The position numbers and the translations under genes are program-made. This document shows, piece by piece, positions 44,540-64,000 of a stretch of 64,000 nucleotides of DNA; the stretch's first letter is position 1, and each line of letters starts with the position of its first letter. Location of the stretch: assembly GCF_009914755.1 (NCBI RefSeq), contig NC_060943.1, one strand, 5' to 3'. The DNA comes from the human T2T-CHM13v2.0 reference genome, Homo sapiens. The notes beneath the pieces are model-generated. The model saw only the letters and a program-made list of their open reading frames with translations. It made no database searches and was not told the DNA's origin.

Positions 44540-44935
44540 TGCTAAAAGATAAAATCTAGACATATTCAATTTTACAGAGTTTAATTAAGCAAAGAACAAT
44601 TCACTAATGGTGCAGTCCCTGAAACAGAATAGATTCAGAGAGAGTCCAGGACTAGATGGTCAAAGATTTATGGACAGAAAAAAGGAAAATATGCAGAAAA
44701 CAGAAGTGAAGTACAGAAACAGTAGGATTGGTTCCAGCTTGGCGTTTGCCTTACTTAAACATGGGTTTTCAAAGTTGGCTGCCTTGGATTGGCTGAAACT
44801 CAGTGATTGGTACAAGAGTAGGTGACAGCCTGTTTACATGTCTAATTAACTTACATTTCACCATGTACAAAGAAACCTTTAGGCTGAACTTAAAATTGTA
44901 AAATTGTTTAGCTGTGGGCTAAACTTAATGTCACA
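44540..44935 (-). mobile_element. ERV1 solo LTR (MER57/MER93-like)
   Basis: aagatttatggacagaaaaaagg...gtacagaaacag...attggctgaaactcagtgattgg...aaacctttaggctgaactt. Confidence 0.65.
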
Positions 44936-45944
44936 TTTCTAGATCGTGTTCAATTAGCTAACCATAGGCGTCACTTCTCTTCTACCCTCCAAAACCACTA
45001 ATGCTGCTGCAAAAGAGAACTTCCAGCAGCTGTTTACCTGGAAACAAGTTGAAAATGTATTTGAAATGGAAGCCACTAGAATTGTAAACACTTCTGTCAT
45101 CTTTCTCCTTTGTGTGCCTCTGCAGATAAGGCTGCTCCAGTGCCCCCAAATTTGGACCTTATGCTCTGTAGTTTCCTGTTATAACCAATTTGCTATTTGT
45201 GTTACCAAAGTATATTTAGTAGATTTTATTTGAAAAAAGAAATAAAGTTAGAAAATATTGACAGTATTACATAAGTTCTTTGTTTAAATTTGTCATATTT
45301 AATTTTTGAAAGCTAAATAACTAAAATCTCATTTCTACTAAATTATTCTTTTTTTCATGCTAAGGCTAAATGTGAGAGCTAACATTTTACAAAATTTTGT
45401 GTTTTTCTTTCAAAATACATGACAAAGCACAAAAGCATTTTTATCAGGATTAAAGTAATTTATGGAAAATCTAACTCTACGACTATGTAAGTGATGATCT
45501 AGTTATATTACAATATTATGTTGTTTTAATATCCATTATTATTGTGTGTTAAGTGCTTTCCTTGTCTCTATCGTAAAGTTACATACATAGTAAGCAATTA
45601 TAGGTATAATGCTTACAACTGTAATGATGAATAATAAATAATGACATTTGTTAAACCCCAGATATTCATTTATTTATTCAGGCAATATTTATTATGTATC
45701 AGATACTGTGCTAAGCAATGAGTATATCATGATGAACAAAGAAATGGGACTGGACTCTTGGAACAAGATGAAAACATTACAGGAATAAGCCTAAAACACA
45801 TTTATATATTTATAATTATAAATCACAATAAAACCTACAAAGAAAAAAAAGACACTAAAAGAGATCATAGCAGAGGGAATCTAATTTAGATTGGAATGCC
45901 AGGAAAGTCTTTCCAAGGATATGGTATTGTAAATTAAGCTAAAA

Positions 45945-48850
<2,906 letters not shown>

Positions 48851-48857
48851 GCAAAGT

Positions 48858-49905
<1,048 letters not shown>

Positions 49906-50285
49906 TCAATTAAAAACTATTGCAGCTTCCTCAATCTTCCCCGGCAGCCTGGGGTGGGGCGCTCTGCTTTTCAGAGCTGCCTCCAGAACTTCATCCTTCC
50001 TCCTTCCCTCCTCCACCCTCCTCTTCTTGTTTCCATCACAGCCCCGCCACCCTCAAGCCACACCCCATTGATCATTTGCTAAAGATTTTAGTACCTGGCT
50101 CTGGCCTGCTTTCCACCGTCAACACTCACATCAAGGCACCTGGATCTCTTCTCCGCCGGCAATCCTGCCTTCCGCCTTCAGGTATGGATGCTGTCAGGAG
50201 AGATCTCCATCTGCTCCCAAGGCCAAGTTTCCCAACACCCTGCAGCAAGGTCTGCCCTCCCTCCTAGCATTGTAGATGGGCCTGC

Positions 50286-50443
50286 CAGGGCCAGGACTAG
50301 GATGAAACAGGCCAGCAAGGCACCCAGGGCATAAAGGTTAAAGAGGCACTCATCCCCAGGGTCATACCAGTAGAGAGTCGGCACCTGAGAATGAGTGCCT
50401 CCTCAATTTTACACTTGCTTGCCTTGCTGTAGTCCCAGCTCTG
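50286..50443. mobile_element. MER96-like hAT MITE
   Basis: Terminal inverted repeats cagggccaggactag / gtagtcccagctctg and internal palindrome gaggcactcat...atgagtgcctc. Confidence 0.7.
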
Positions 50444-50609
50444 GGACCTACCTTATGAACACAAGGCTCTGGTCCCCTCCCACTTCCTCAGGGCTGTCTC
50501 TTTTGTGGCATCCCTCCCATCAGCTGCAAACAGATCCTGTGTAAATACCACCATACAAAGCCGGCCTTGACCCACTTTGCCCTCCAGCTATTGCTCCATT
50601 CTTCTGTTC

Positions 50610-51296
<687 letters not shown>

Positions 51297-51728
51297 TTAT
51301 TTCTAGCAAAGCTAAAGTCATCCACCTTTGACGTCTCTACTTTCTCTCCTTCCAGTCTCCCCAAGAAGTTGCTCTTGACTTCCACCCAACAGCACAGCCT
51401 GTTGTTGATTCAGTGTCTCCCATCCAACATGGCTGTGGCCCCAGCCATCCTCCCAGCCTCCTGCCTTGGTAGATGCTATCTCTGCCCTTAGTTCTCATGC
51501 CCTAATTAATAGCCGGGCTGTGGGTGCTAAGAGGTACCCAGCTCCTCCTAGCTCAGAATCCAGTGACAAATCTTCTTTATGTTAACAGGGCAACTCCTTC
51601 CAAATCCCTGGGCTGCTGTGTATGACTGCTGGGGTGAACGTCGCCATGTACTCTACCCCTTACTGTGCTATCGTTCAGAGGTCTTGTCATTGATGATGAT
51701 TAAGGAAATCATAAAAATGTTAAACGAA

Positions 51729-54370
<2,642 letters not shown>

Positions 54371-54552
54371 ATAACTATTAAGTCTAAACAGTAATCCTGG
54401 AAACCCACTTTGGGAACAGAGACATGCATGCAGCCTGTGCTCAAAAAATGCTTTCAGACTGTCGGGGAAACATTATGCACCAGTCAGTGTCCACTAAAAG
54501 GAAAGCCTCTTCCCTCCCTCAAGTTCGAGTCAGCCCAGGCTTAATGTTATCC

Positions 54553-54574
54553 TTGTCTGCCACCTGGTGGTCAA
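54553..54574 (-). promoter_or_regulatory. Consensus CTCF motif
   Basis: Minus strand reads TGACCACCAGGTGGCAGAC, a near-perfect CTCF core in non-repeat sequence. Confidence 0.6.
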
Positions 54575-55529
54575 AATGGGCCATGTCGGTGTCCTGGTCT
54601 TTCACCCCAAACTCCATGAGGCTCTGTGGTTGGGCTGAAAAGCCGTGGATGGAAAGAAGGGGAACTTTACCCCTGGAAAACTGGTTCCCTGAGAGGCAAG
54701 TTGGTCAGAGGTACGGGCATAAGGGGATTACTAGGGGTCTATGGGACAGGAATACAGCCTCTTAATGACAGAGAAAATACTTTGGTGCAACCAAGAGGCC
54801 GATTGAACACAACTCACCCACCTTTGCACACTGAGATAAAATATGGGAAGGTTTTTTGCAAAGAGGGGAAGGAGAAAAGTTTAGGGACAACAATGAGCTA
54901 AGTAGGAAAGGTAGTCATGTGGACACCGATGGTGAGTTCGGGGATGCTCAGAAGATTGACAGGTTAGCAGGGGATTCTGAAAGGCATGGATGGGACACTT
55001 CAAGATATGTTGTTTCAATTGATAAAGATGCATAAACCTAACATTGTGCTTATTGGCTACTTAAATATTGGTGACATACTGCTTCCTCAATAATAAGGAT
55101 TATAGCAAACTTAATTATAGTTTCCTAAAACCTTTTATCTGGTGGAAATTTCTATTAATTATCAAGAGGCCTTAAAATAAACTTCAATACACATAAACCC
55201 TTGTATTCATTTTAAATCTATCCAACCTACAAAAACAGAAGAGCATATTGGCCACAATTCAAGGCCATGTTACATTGGAAAAACATTCTCTATCATGTGG
55301 CCTGGCACAAGGGTTGGCAGCAACAGAGCAGACAGAACCAAAGGAAGAAGGGCCTGAAAAACCCGCTAGTGCATTTGGGCTGGCATTTTGTTACGGGAGG
55401 TTCTGATCCAATTTTAAATTCTGTATTGCAGTCTAGTGAGGCAGCGAGAGTTCATTATCCCAACCACAACCTACAGTCTACCAGGAGACATGCGACCCAC
55501 CAGCTGGTATTTGAAACAATATAGTTTAG

Positions 55530-55615
55530 TGCCTAACTGCTCAAAGTGTGGTCCCTGGCTGGGGAGCATCAGCATCTCCTGGGAGCTTGTTAGAAATGCA
55601 GAATTTCAAGCCTTT
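55530..55615. mobile_element. MER5 (hAT-Charlie) fragment
   Basis: ctcaaagtgtggtccc...agcatcagcatctcctgggagcttgttagaaatgcaga. Confidence 0.75.
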
Positions 55616-57407
55616 CGTGGATGTTATTTGTTATCTAGCCTACAAAACATATGATAATAATTCATAAACATGCACTAAAGTGAAAAATAAACACTCACCT
55701 ACACACAGGCACACACACAAACATAGGGCTTGCTAATACTAACTGCAAAATGTTTTATCCAATAAATGATGATAACCAATTTGTTTTCAAAATGAGAATG
55801 TAGGATTTGGGTACCCATTTCTGTGTAACTAAAAATAACAAAATTCGATGGCTTAAAATAATTATTTAACATGAATCATTTCTACAGGTTAAAAATATGG
55901 AAAGGGCTTGGCTCAGTGATTCTGCATGCAGTCAAATAGTATCTGGGACTGGAATCACCTGCAGTCTCACTCATTGACATGGCCGAAGTGGCACCTGCAG
56001 CCTCTCTCTCTATCCTTATGTGATTTTTCCATATGGGCTTTCCAGCATGGAGTCCTCAGGGTAGCCAGACTTTTTATATGGCAGGGAAGGTGGTCTTCTC
56101 ATTCTATCAGAAATGAAAGTGATATTTTTGGCCTCTCTCATTTCTCTTCTATTTTTCAACTTGTTTAGGACCTGGGCAGGAAATACAGCTGCTATTTGCT
56201 AGACTAGTGCCTTATAGTCTCAACACTTTACAATGACTTTTCTTTCATTCCCATGGTATCTTCCCACTTGGGGCCCTGCGTTGCTTGGTGCCCTAGTACA
56301 CCCATACTCTTACCTCCCCAGCCCCTTTGGGGCGTCAGTCTGCAGACTTACTCCACCTGCCCCCCACTCCACTAGAGGACCCAACAGCAACCCTGTGGCT
56401 TCTGTCACGCCCTTGGCTATCTGCTCATCTCCTGCTAACACTCCAAATCCTGAGTATTAGGCAGCACTAGGAGATTGCTTCATTGCCTAGGACTCCAAAA
56501 GGGGAAGTCCTGGATTGATGTGGAGCAGCCTATAAAGTTTCCCAGGGGATGTGAGGTGAGAGAATCAACAAGGAGTGGTTGAGACATAAGTATAATGAGG
56601 AGAGAAGAGCATGCCCCTCCTCATCCCCACCCACCTGTAGTTCCAAAAGAAGGAAACCTTTTTTCTTTATCTCTTGAAAGAAGACAAAGTTGTCCAATTT
56701 AATGACATCACGTATATAACAGTGAAATGTCACAATATTCTTTGTGCTGCAACAGTATCAATAACTAGTGAAGCCATATGACCAACCACCATCACAGGAA
56801 GCCATCAGTGCCTTTCAAACAATGTTTTCATGCTATGCTTGAGGCCAAAGAGCAGGAACCTCGGGGAGAGGTAGAGGGAGTGAAATGTATCCAAACCTGT
56901 GAAGATACTACAGCCAACCTCAGCCTAAAAACACACAGGTGATACTCTGCCTGCCAGATACCAGGTTTCTCAGAGCTGGGAGAGTAGGTGAGGGCTGTGA
57001 GACCCTTAACTCTGACTCAGGAGCAGAGGAATACATCTCTGGTTTTCACAGCATCAGTGACAATTTCCTGAGCAGTGGTGGGCCTGGCTGCAGAAAACGG
57101 GAGCCGCACACCTCACGCACACACAACAGTGCACAACAGTCTGCCTGGGGCAGAAGAATGCAGCGACCTGTGCTCCCAACCACACAAATCCCTGAAGGTA
57201 CTGCTGGTGCCCAGCTGTCATTCAAGGCAATAGACACACTAGCAGGGACAGAGGCAGCAAAACGAGTTTCCTAGGTGATGGCAGGGCAGGCAGCCTGAGG
57301 CATATCTCAGCCAGCTAGGCACAGAAGGAAAAAGCTGAATGACTCTAAAGAGAAATCACCCCTTTTGTACTAAAGGGAGAGAATTAGAAGGGTTACAGCT
57401 CAGAATG

Positions 57408-60365
57408 AATCCCATTTACAATCGCATCAAAAAGAATAAAATACTTATGAATATATTTAACCAAGTAAGTAAAAGAACTGTACAGTGAAAACTATAAAAT
57501 ATTAATTTTAAAAGATTTAAGAAGACAAATGGAAAGATACACTGTGTTTATGACAAAATCATGACCTTTACAGCAACATGGATGCAGTTGGGAGCCATTA
57601 TCCTACATGAGTTAACACAGAAACAGAAAACCAAATATCCCACATTCTCACTTATAAGTGGGAGCTAAACATTGAGTACACATGGACATAAACATGAAAA
57701 CAATAGACAATGGAGACTCCAAAAGGCTTAAGCGAGTGGGATCAAGGGTTGAAAAACTACCTGCTGGGTACTATGTTCACTATTTGAGTGATGGGATACC
57801 AAGCCCAAACCTCAACATTATACAATATATTCATGTAACAAACCTGCACATGTGCCCCCTGAATCTAAACAAGCAAACAAAAACAAAACCAATAAATGGT
57901 TTATGTTAAAGAGTAAAAGAAATTCTGAGGTACAAAAAAAGAAAGGATATACTGAGTTCATGGATTGGAAGAATTAATATTGTTAAATACTAACCAAAGT
58001 GATCTACAGAGTCAATGCAATCCCTATCAAAGTTCTAATTGCATTTTTCACAGAAATGTAAAAAAATCCTAAAATTCATATGGAACCACAAAGACCCTGA
58101 ATAGCTAAAACAATATTGAAAAGGAAGAACAAAGCTGGAGGCATCACACTTCCTGATTTCAAATTATAATTCAAAGCTATAGTAATCAAAACAGTGTGGC
58201 ACTAGCATAAATGTAGACATATAGACCAATAGAACAAAATAGAGAGCCTGGAAATAATCCCACCTATAGTAACAAATTTTTGGCAAAGGCACCAAAAATA
58301 CCCAATAAGGAAAGGATAGTCTTTTCAATAAAAGGTGGGACAACTGGATATCCATATTCAAAGAAATGATATTGGACCTTTATGTTACGCCATACACAAA
58401 AACCAATTCAAAATGGATTAAAGACAAGTGTAAGACCTGAAACCATTAAACTCCTTGAAGAAAACATGGGAAAAACTCCATGACATTGGTCTTGGCAATG
58501 ACTTGTTGGTTATCATACCAAAATCACAGGCAACAAAAGCAAAAATAAACAAATGGAACTGCATCAAACTAAAAAGTTTCTACACAGCAAAGAAAACAAT
58601 CAACAAAATGAAAAGACATATGGAATGCAAGAAATATGTGCGCATCCTCTATCTGATAAGTAGTTAATATCTAAACTATCTTAGGAATACAGCTCTATGG
58701 CAATAGAACAACCCAATTCAAAAATGAGCAAAGGACCTGAGTAGACATATTCCCAAAGAAGACATACAAATGGCAAACAGGTATATGAAACGATGATCAA
58801 TATCACTAATCATCAGAGAAATGAAAGTCAAAACCACAATGAGATATTACCTCACACATGTTAGGTTGGCTATTACCAAAAAGTCAAAAGATAAGTGTTG
58901 GGAAGGAAATGGAGAAAGGGGAGCCCTTCCACACCATCAGTGGCAATGTAAATTGGTGTAGCCATTACAGAAAACAGCGTGAAGAAAACAGTAGTTTTCT
59001 CAGAAAACTAAAAATAGAAATACCGTAGGATCCAGCAATTCCACTATTGGGTATATACCCAAAGGAAATTAAATCAGTACGTTGAAGAAATGTCTGCACT
59101 CCCATGCTCATTGTAGCATTATACACAATAACCAAGATATGGAATCAACCTAAGTGTCTGGTGACAGATGAATAGGATGGTATGTATGTATACAATGGAA
59201 TATTATTCCACCTTAAAAAGAAGGAGATCCTGCCAGCTGAGACAACATGGATGAACCTGAAGGACATTATGCTAAGTGAAATAGCCAGATGCAGAAAGAC
59301 ATGTACTGCATGAACTCACTTACGTGTGGTAAAAACAGATATTAGAATGATGGTTATTAGGGACTAGGGGTGTGGGAAATGAGAAGATGTTAGCCTAAGG
59401 GCATAAATTTTCAGTTATAAGATAAATAAGTTCTAGAGACCTAATGTACAGCACGTTTAATAGTAATGCATACTTGAAATTTGCTAAGATAGTAGATCTT
59501 AAGTATTATCAACACAAAAAGGAAGGCAAAGTTAGAATGGCGGTCATTAAAAAGTCAGAAAACAACAGATGCTGGAGAGGATGTGGAGAAATAGGAACAC
59601 TTTTACACTGTTGGTGGGAGTGTAAATTAGTTCAACCATTGTGGAAGACAGTGTGGTGATTCCTCAAGGATCTAGAACTAGAAATACCATTTGACCCAGC
59701 AATCCCATTACTGGGTATATACCCAAAAGATTATAAATCATTCAACTGTAAAGACACATGCACACATATGTTTATTGTGGCACTATTCACAATAGCAAAG
59801 ACTTGGAACCAACCCAAATGTCCAGCAATAATAGACTGGATAAAGAAAATGTGGCACATATACACCATGGAATACTATGCAGCCATTAAAAAGGATAAGT
59901 TAATGTCCTTTGCAGAGACATGGATGAAGCTGGAAACCATCATTCTTAGCAAACTATCACAAGAACAGAAAACCAAACACCGCATGTTCTTACTCGTAAA
60001 TGGGAGTTTAACAGTGAAAACACACGGACACAGGGAGGGGAACATCACACACCAGGGCCTGTCAGGGGGTGGGGAGCTGGGGGTGGGATACCATTAGGAG
60101 GAATACCTAATGGAGGTGACAGGTTGATGGGGTTGATGGGTACAGCAAACCACCATGGCACGTGTATACCTATGTAACAAAACTGCACGTTCTGCACGTG
60201 TACCCCAGAACTTAAAGTATAATAAAAAAGGGGGGGACAAATATATGAGGTAATAGATATATGAATTAGCTTGATTGTGATGATTATTTCATGATGCATA
60301 TGTGTATCAAACCATCACACTGTATACCATAAACATATACAATTTTTGTTTGTCAATTTTTCTTC
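57408..60365 (+). mobile_element. L1MA-type ORF2/3' end with two nested younger L1 3' ends (L1PB-like 57553-57890; L1PA-like 59530-60228)
   Basis: Host L1 resumes after each insert; approximate duplications gaaagatacactgtgtttatg / gaaaggatatactgagttcatg; L1PA tail cttaaagtataataaaaaa. Confidence 0.88.
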
Positions 60366-60529
60366 AATAGCACCTAGGGAAAAATTAAACTTTGATGCTA
60401 TTGATTTTTTTCCATCTGTACCCATCGGTGGTCTTCTTGGAGAGAAAGAAGAAAACTTGGGAACATTGCCATTTTCTAACTTCTGACATAAAATGCTTTC
60501 TTCTTCTCCAAGTATTTTGGTGGATTGAG

Positions 60530-60935
60530 TTGCCTTAGTCTGGGTTCTGCCAGAAGGCAACTCTGAGACAAGATTTATGTGCCAATAGTTTACTTGGGAG
60601 GTGCTACAGGAAAACGCTGGTAGGGTACAGAGAAAAGAGGCAAGGAAGGGAAGGAAGCCGAGGGCATGATCATGCCAGTTTCCACCATAGGCAATTGGAG
60701 CACCAGGAATTGGTACAGAACACTCACCTCACAGTTATCACTCAAAAGGTGAGGTAGGTGGGCATTTTTCCACCAATCCACATCAGTGACTGGTTGAGAA
60801 AAATAATTTCCCTTTCCTGGAAGCAGTAATTTCCCTTTACTTTCAGCCTCCCGAGCAATCAAAGAGAATTCAGACAAAAAAAAAACCAAAAAACGAAAGG
60901 TGTTAACAGTTTGCCGACGACCTGGGTGCATAGAA
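60530..60935 (-). mobile_element. LTR33-like ERVL LTR
   Basis: tgccttagtctgggttc...ctgagacaagattt...tagtttacttgggaggtg. Confidence 0.6.
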
Positions 60936-63263
60936 ATGTAACTTGTTTACTACAAAAGTCAATTTCTGTCTTTTCAGGTGACTCAGTCTTTTAACAATGC
61001 AAAGGCTCTTCCCCTAATTCCTGCAGTTCTAAATTACTGAGTGCCCCATTCTAGAATAGTGTGAGACTCAACTTGATCTTTCAGGCAAGCTTACCTGCAC
61101 TGTTGCTTAGGCCTGGCCAGTCCCTCTACAGTCCTTTCCTACCCCTATTGGACTCCCTGGGGGAAATATTAATCAATGAAACAAGATAGGTCCACTAGGG
61201 AAAGAAACTATTGATGCCTTTTCAATATCATAAAGGCATAAAACATCTATTGTTTCAGTCTGACATGTTAAGGAGAGAGAGGAATAAAACTGAAAAATAA
61301 ACAAAAAACAACTCTAGCATCTTCGAAGGAGAAAATGATTTCCAGTTTAGTGACACAGCCTCAAAGACCTAAGCACAAACATTAATGGAAGTACTTACCT
61401 GGAAATCACTGAAAGGGTTTTGTGGTTGTTTTTCTTATGTTTTTTCAAAGTACTCTGTAGAAAAAATCTTGAAAAGAAAGCGCTCTGAGATGTCTACATC
61501 TTAAAAGAATAGAATTTTTATAATGCTTATGACAACTACTTATAAAGTACATCAGTTAAAAAAAAATCTCATTGTGTTTTGCTGTAATAACCTAAAAGCT
61601 GCTTCTGAAAGTGCCCACCAGCCCAGGAAGCAGTTCGTACACTCAGAGATCACAACTAAGCTGAGAAGGAGCATTGCTGTCCTCAGACAAGGGCTGGGGA
61701 TGGGGGCAGGAGAAATGCAACATAAAGGCAGGTGTTTTCTTTTTCCTGACCCAAATGTCAGGAAGTGAAAAAGTCTACAAAACAATGTTAACTCATCTGT
61801 TCCTCATAATTTGATTTGGAAAATAATTAAGTTGTTATTATTAACTCCAATAAAGCACACAGGGAGCCTCTGTGACATAACTATTATGAGATTCATTGGA
61901 CTCAAACTTTGTAGGACTTTTTAACTTTGAAGTTGTAAGCTTGAGGTTGAACCAATGTAGTATTTCTCACTTTATTTTTTATAGACTTTAAAGCCGGAAA
62001 ATGTACTGACCTTGGGAATAGCAAGAGAAAGTACTTCCTTTCCCTCTCCTGACACCAAGTGATCCCATCCCTGTGTTTAGGCCTAGTCCAACCTTCTAAG
62101 CTGTGCGTCGCTTCCATGCTTTGGAGCATTTTACATATATTTACCCACTTCATCCTCAAGACAATACCATTAAGTATGCACGATCATCAACTCCATTCTA
62201 CAAATGAAGAAACCGGCACAGTGAAGGTAAGTAGTTTTCCCTGGTCTCATAGTTAGTAAGGGTAGAGCAAGAATTTGATTCCAGGCAGCCCTGGAGTTCA
62301 TGGCTCCTAGAGATTGTCCTTACCTGGCTTGACCAACAGTCCCAGGAAACAAGTTGTGAAGGAGACGCAGTGGATTTTATTTTGTTGTGTTTTGTTTGGA
62401 GGGTTTGTTTGTTGTTTGATAACATTGATCTTCATGTCTCCTTACCCTTTCTAGAACTTCCTTAAAATCATCTAAAGTCTCCTGGCCTGTTGTCATAGGC
62501 CTGAACATTTTCTAACCAATGTTATTTAAACATTTACATGCCGTCTTCTCCAGGACACTGTCTTATTTGTCTTTGTAGCTCTCATAGGATTTAGTATCCT
62601 TGTTTATACATAGTAGGTTATATATATTTTTATGTGTGTGTAGATTTATATTTATATGTATATGTATAGTTGTATGTGCATATGGATGTATATGTATGTA
62701 TGTATACATTTAGTATATACCATGTCTTAATCAATTACACAATGTTTTGACTCTACCATTCTGCATGAGAAAACCAAGCCATTTCTCACACTCAAATTTG
62801 ACCATGCAACCACATGAATATGACAGCACTCGACATATCAGACACATTGGAAAACATTCTGACTTTCCCAAGGTCTCAGGCTATTTATCAAGCTCAATAC
62901 AAAAAAGCATTTCATGTACATGTGTTTTGAAACATTTCAGCTGTTTCATATCACATGCTACTTAGAAGTAGGAAATGATTGCAGTATGGTTTTAAAAATA
63001 TGGTACACAGGTATTTCTTGTATTTCTATAAGTTTCAAAAGAAAATGACAATTCACCAATTTCTTGCTGAAGACATGCGCATAGGCACACATGGTTTTCT
63101 CACCTGCGCTTATCATGGTACCTGGTTAGTAAGAGTAAACTCTTTAGGGCTAGTGAGAGAAGGAAGTAACATTTCACAAATTCGAGAAAGAAATGTAAAG
63201 CAAAATAGTTAAAATAGAGGAATGGAACTAGTAAAGAAAACATAAGATACTCTTCCAGGAAAA

Positions 63264-63573
63264 TTATTATTATTATTATTATTATTATTTTTTGAGATGG
63301 AGTCTCGCTCTGTCGCCTAGGCTGGAGTGCAGTAGCACAATCCTGGCTCACTGCAACCTCTGCCTCCCAGGTTAAAGCGATTCTCTTGCCTCAGCCTCCC
63401 GAGTAGCTGGGATTACAGGTGCATGCCACCATGCTGGCTAATTTTTGGTATTTTTAGTAGAGACAGGTTTTCACCATGTTGGCCAGGATGGTCTTGATCT
63501 CCTGACCTCGGGATCCACCCATCTCGGCCTCCCAAAGTGCTGGGATTTCAGACATGAGCCACCGCACCCTGCC
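63264..63573 (-). mobile_element. Alu with (ATT)n tail
   Basis: Antisense Alu; TSD gaaaatt. Confidence 0.9.
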
Positions 63574-63875
63574 GAAAATTCTTTACACTAAAAAATGATA
63601 ACTCTTGTTACTGTAAGTTTCTTAAAATTTCAATATAGCAATTTTTAGCATTGTGCCTACATAGTTCTTAGGACAAGGAAGGCTACTTCTGATATTCTTT
63701 GAAGAATCCTTCTATGGATTTTTAGATCCTTTTTGTCAAGAAATACCTCAGGTAATCCTTGCTTAGCAATGTTTTATTAGGTAGAGAACATGGCAGTATA
63801 TTTTGGATATAATCCAAATCTACAGTGGGGTGGTACATGTGAGAAGTTTGATACAACTTAAAAAGACCTAGTCTG

Positions 63876-63984
63876 GTGCTCGCTTTGGCAGCACATATAC
63901 TAAAATTGGAACAATACAGTGAAGATCAGCATGGCCTCTGCACAAGGATGACAAGCAAATTTGTGAACTGTTCCATATGTTTTT
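63876..63984 (+). pseudogene. RNU6 (pseudogene): U6 snRNA retropseudogene (full length)
   Basis: gtgctcgctttggcagcacatatactaaaattggaac...ttccatatgttttt; ACAGAGA box mutated to acagtga; no upstream TATA/PSE; L1 endonuclease-type site tt/aaaa at ~63859. Confidence 0.93.
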
Positions 63985-64000
63985 GAACAATGATAACACG

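Noticed and set aside
54520-54630. Minus-strand peptide MEFGVKDQDTDMAHFDHQVADKDNIKPGLTRT as a pseudo-exon
   Set aside because: No recognisable homolog; short and ends in a stop
57051-57197. AG...GT-bounded candidate plus-strand exon
   Set aside because: Splice-like signals only; no homology or partner exons identifiable
63876-63984. Functional U6 gene
   Set aside because: ACAGAGA box mutated, CpG decay, no Pol III upstream promoter

Overview
Human-type genomic DNA (a near-perfect AluYa5 is present) with no intact protein-coding gene; almost all ORF-track entries are spurious repeat translations. The core (~12.8-41.9 kb) is a mosaic segmental duplication of unprocessed, intron-containing gene fragments. 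A 9q34-type DNM1(+)/GOLGA2(-)/SWI5(+) cassette keeps the parental order and orientation. Its middle appears to have been replaced by a ~13.6 kb 3p21-type block carrying the TEX264 CpG-island promoter, TEX264 first coding exon and probable RAD54L2 3'UTR. GOLGA2 intron 1 holds a deleted, heavily G-to-A hypermutated ERV3/HERV-R-like provirus. The DNM1 copy carries the alternative exon 10a with an A at acceptor position -8, which matches my recollection of a recurrent pathogenic DNM1 splice variant. Flanks contain a second deleted ERV1 provirus, a solo LTR12, a ~0.9 kb 16-17 bp minisatellite, a (TCTA)n-like tract, old L1s, many Alus, a strong CTCF motif and a U6 retrocopy that seems fused to L1. 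Gene and repeat identities come from recalled sequences, not database searches, and the chromosomal locus is not determined.
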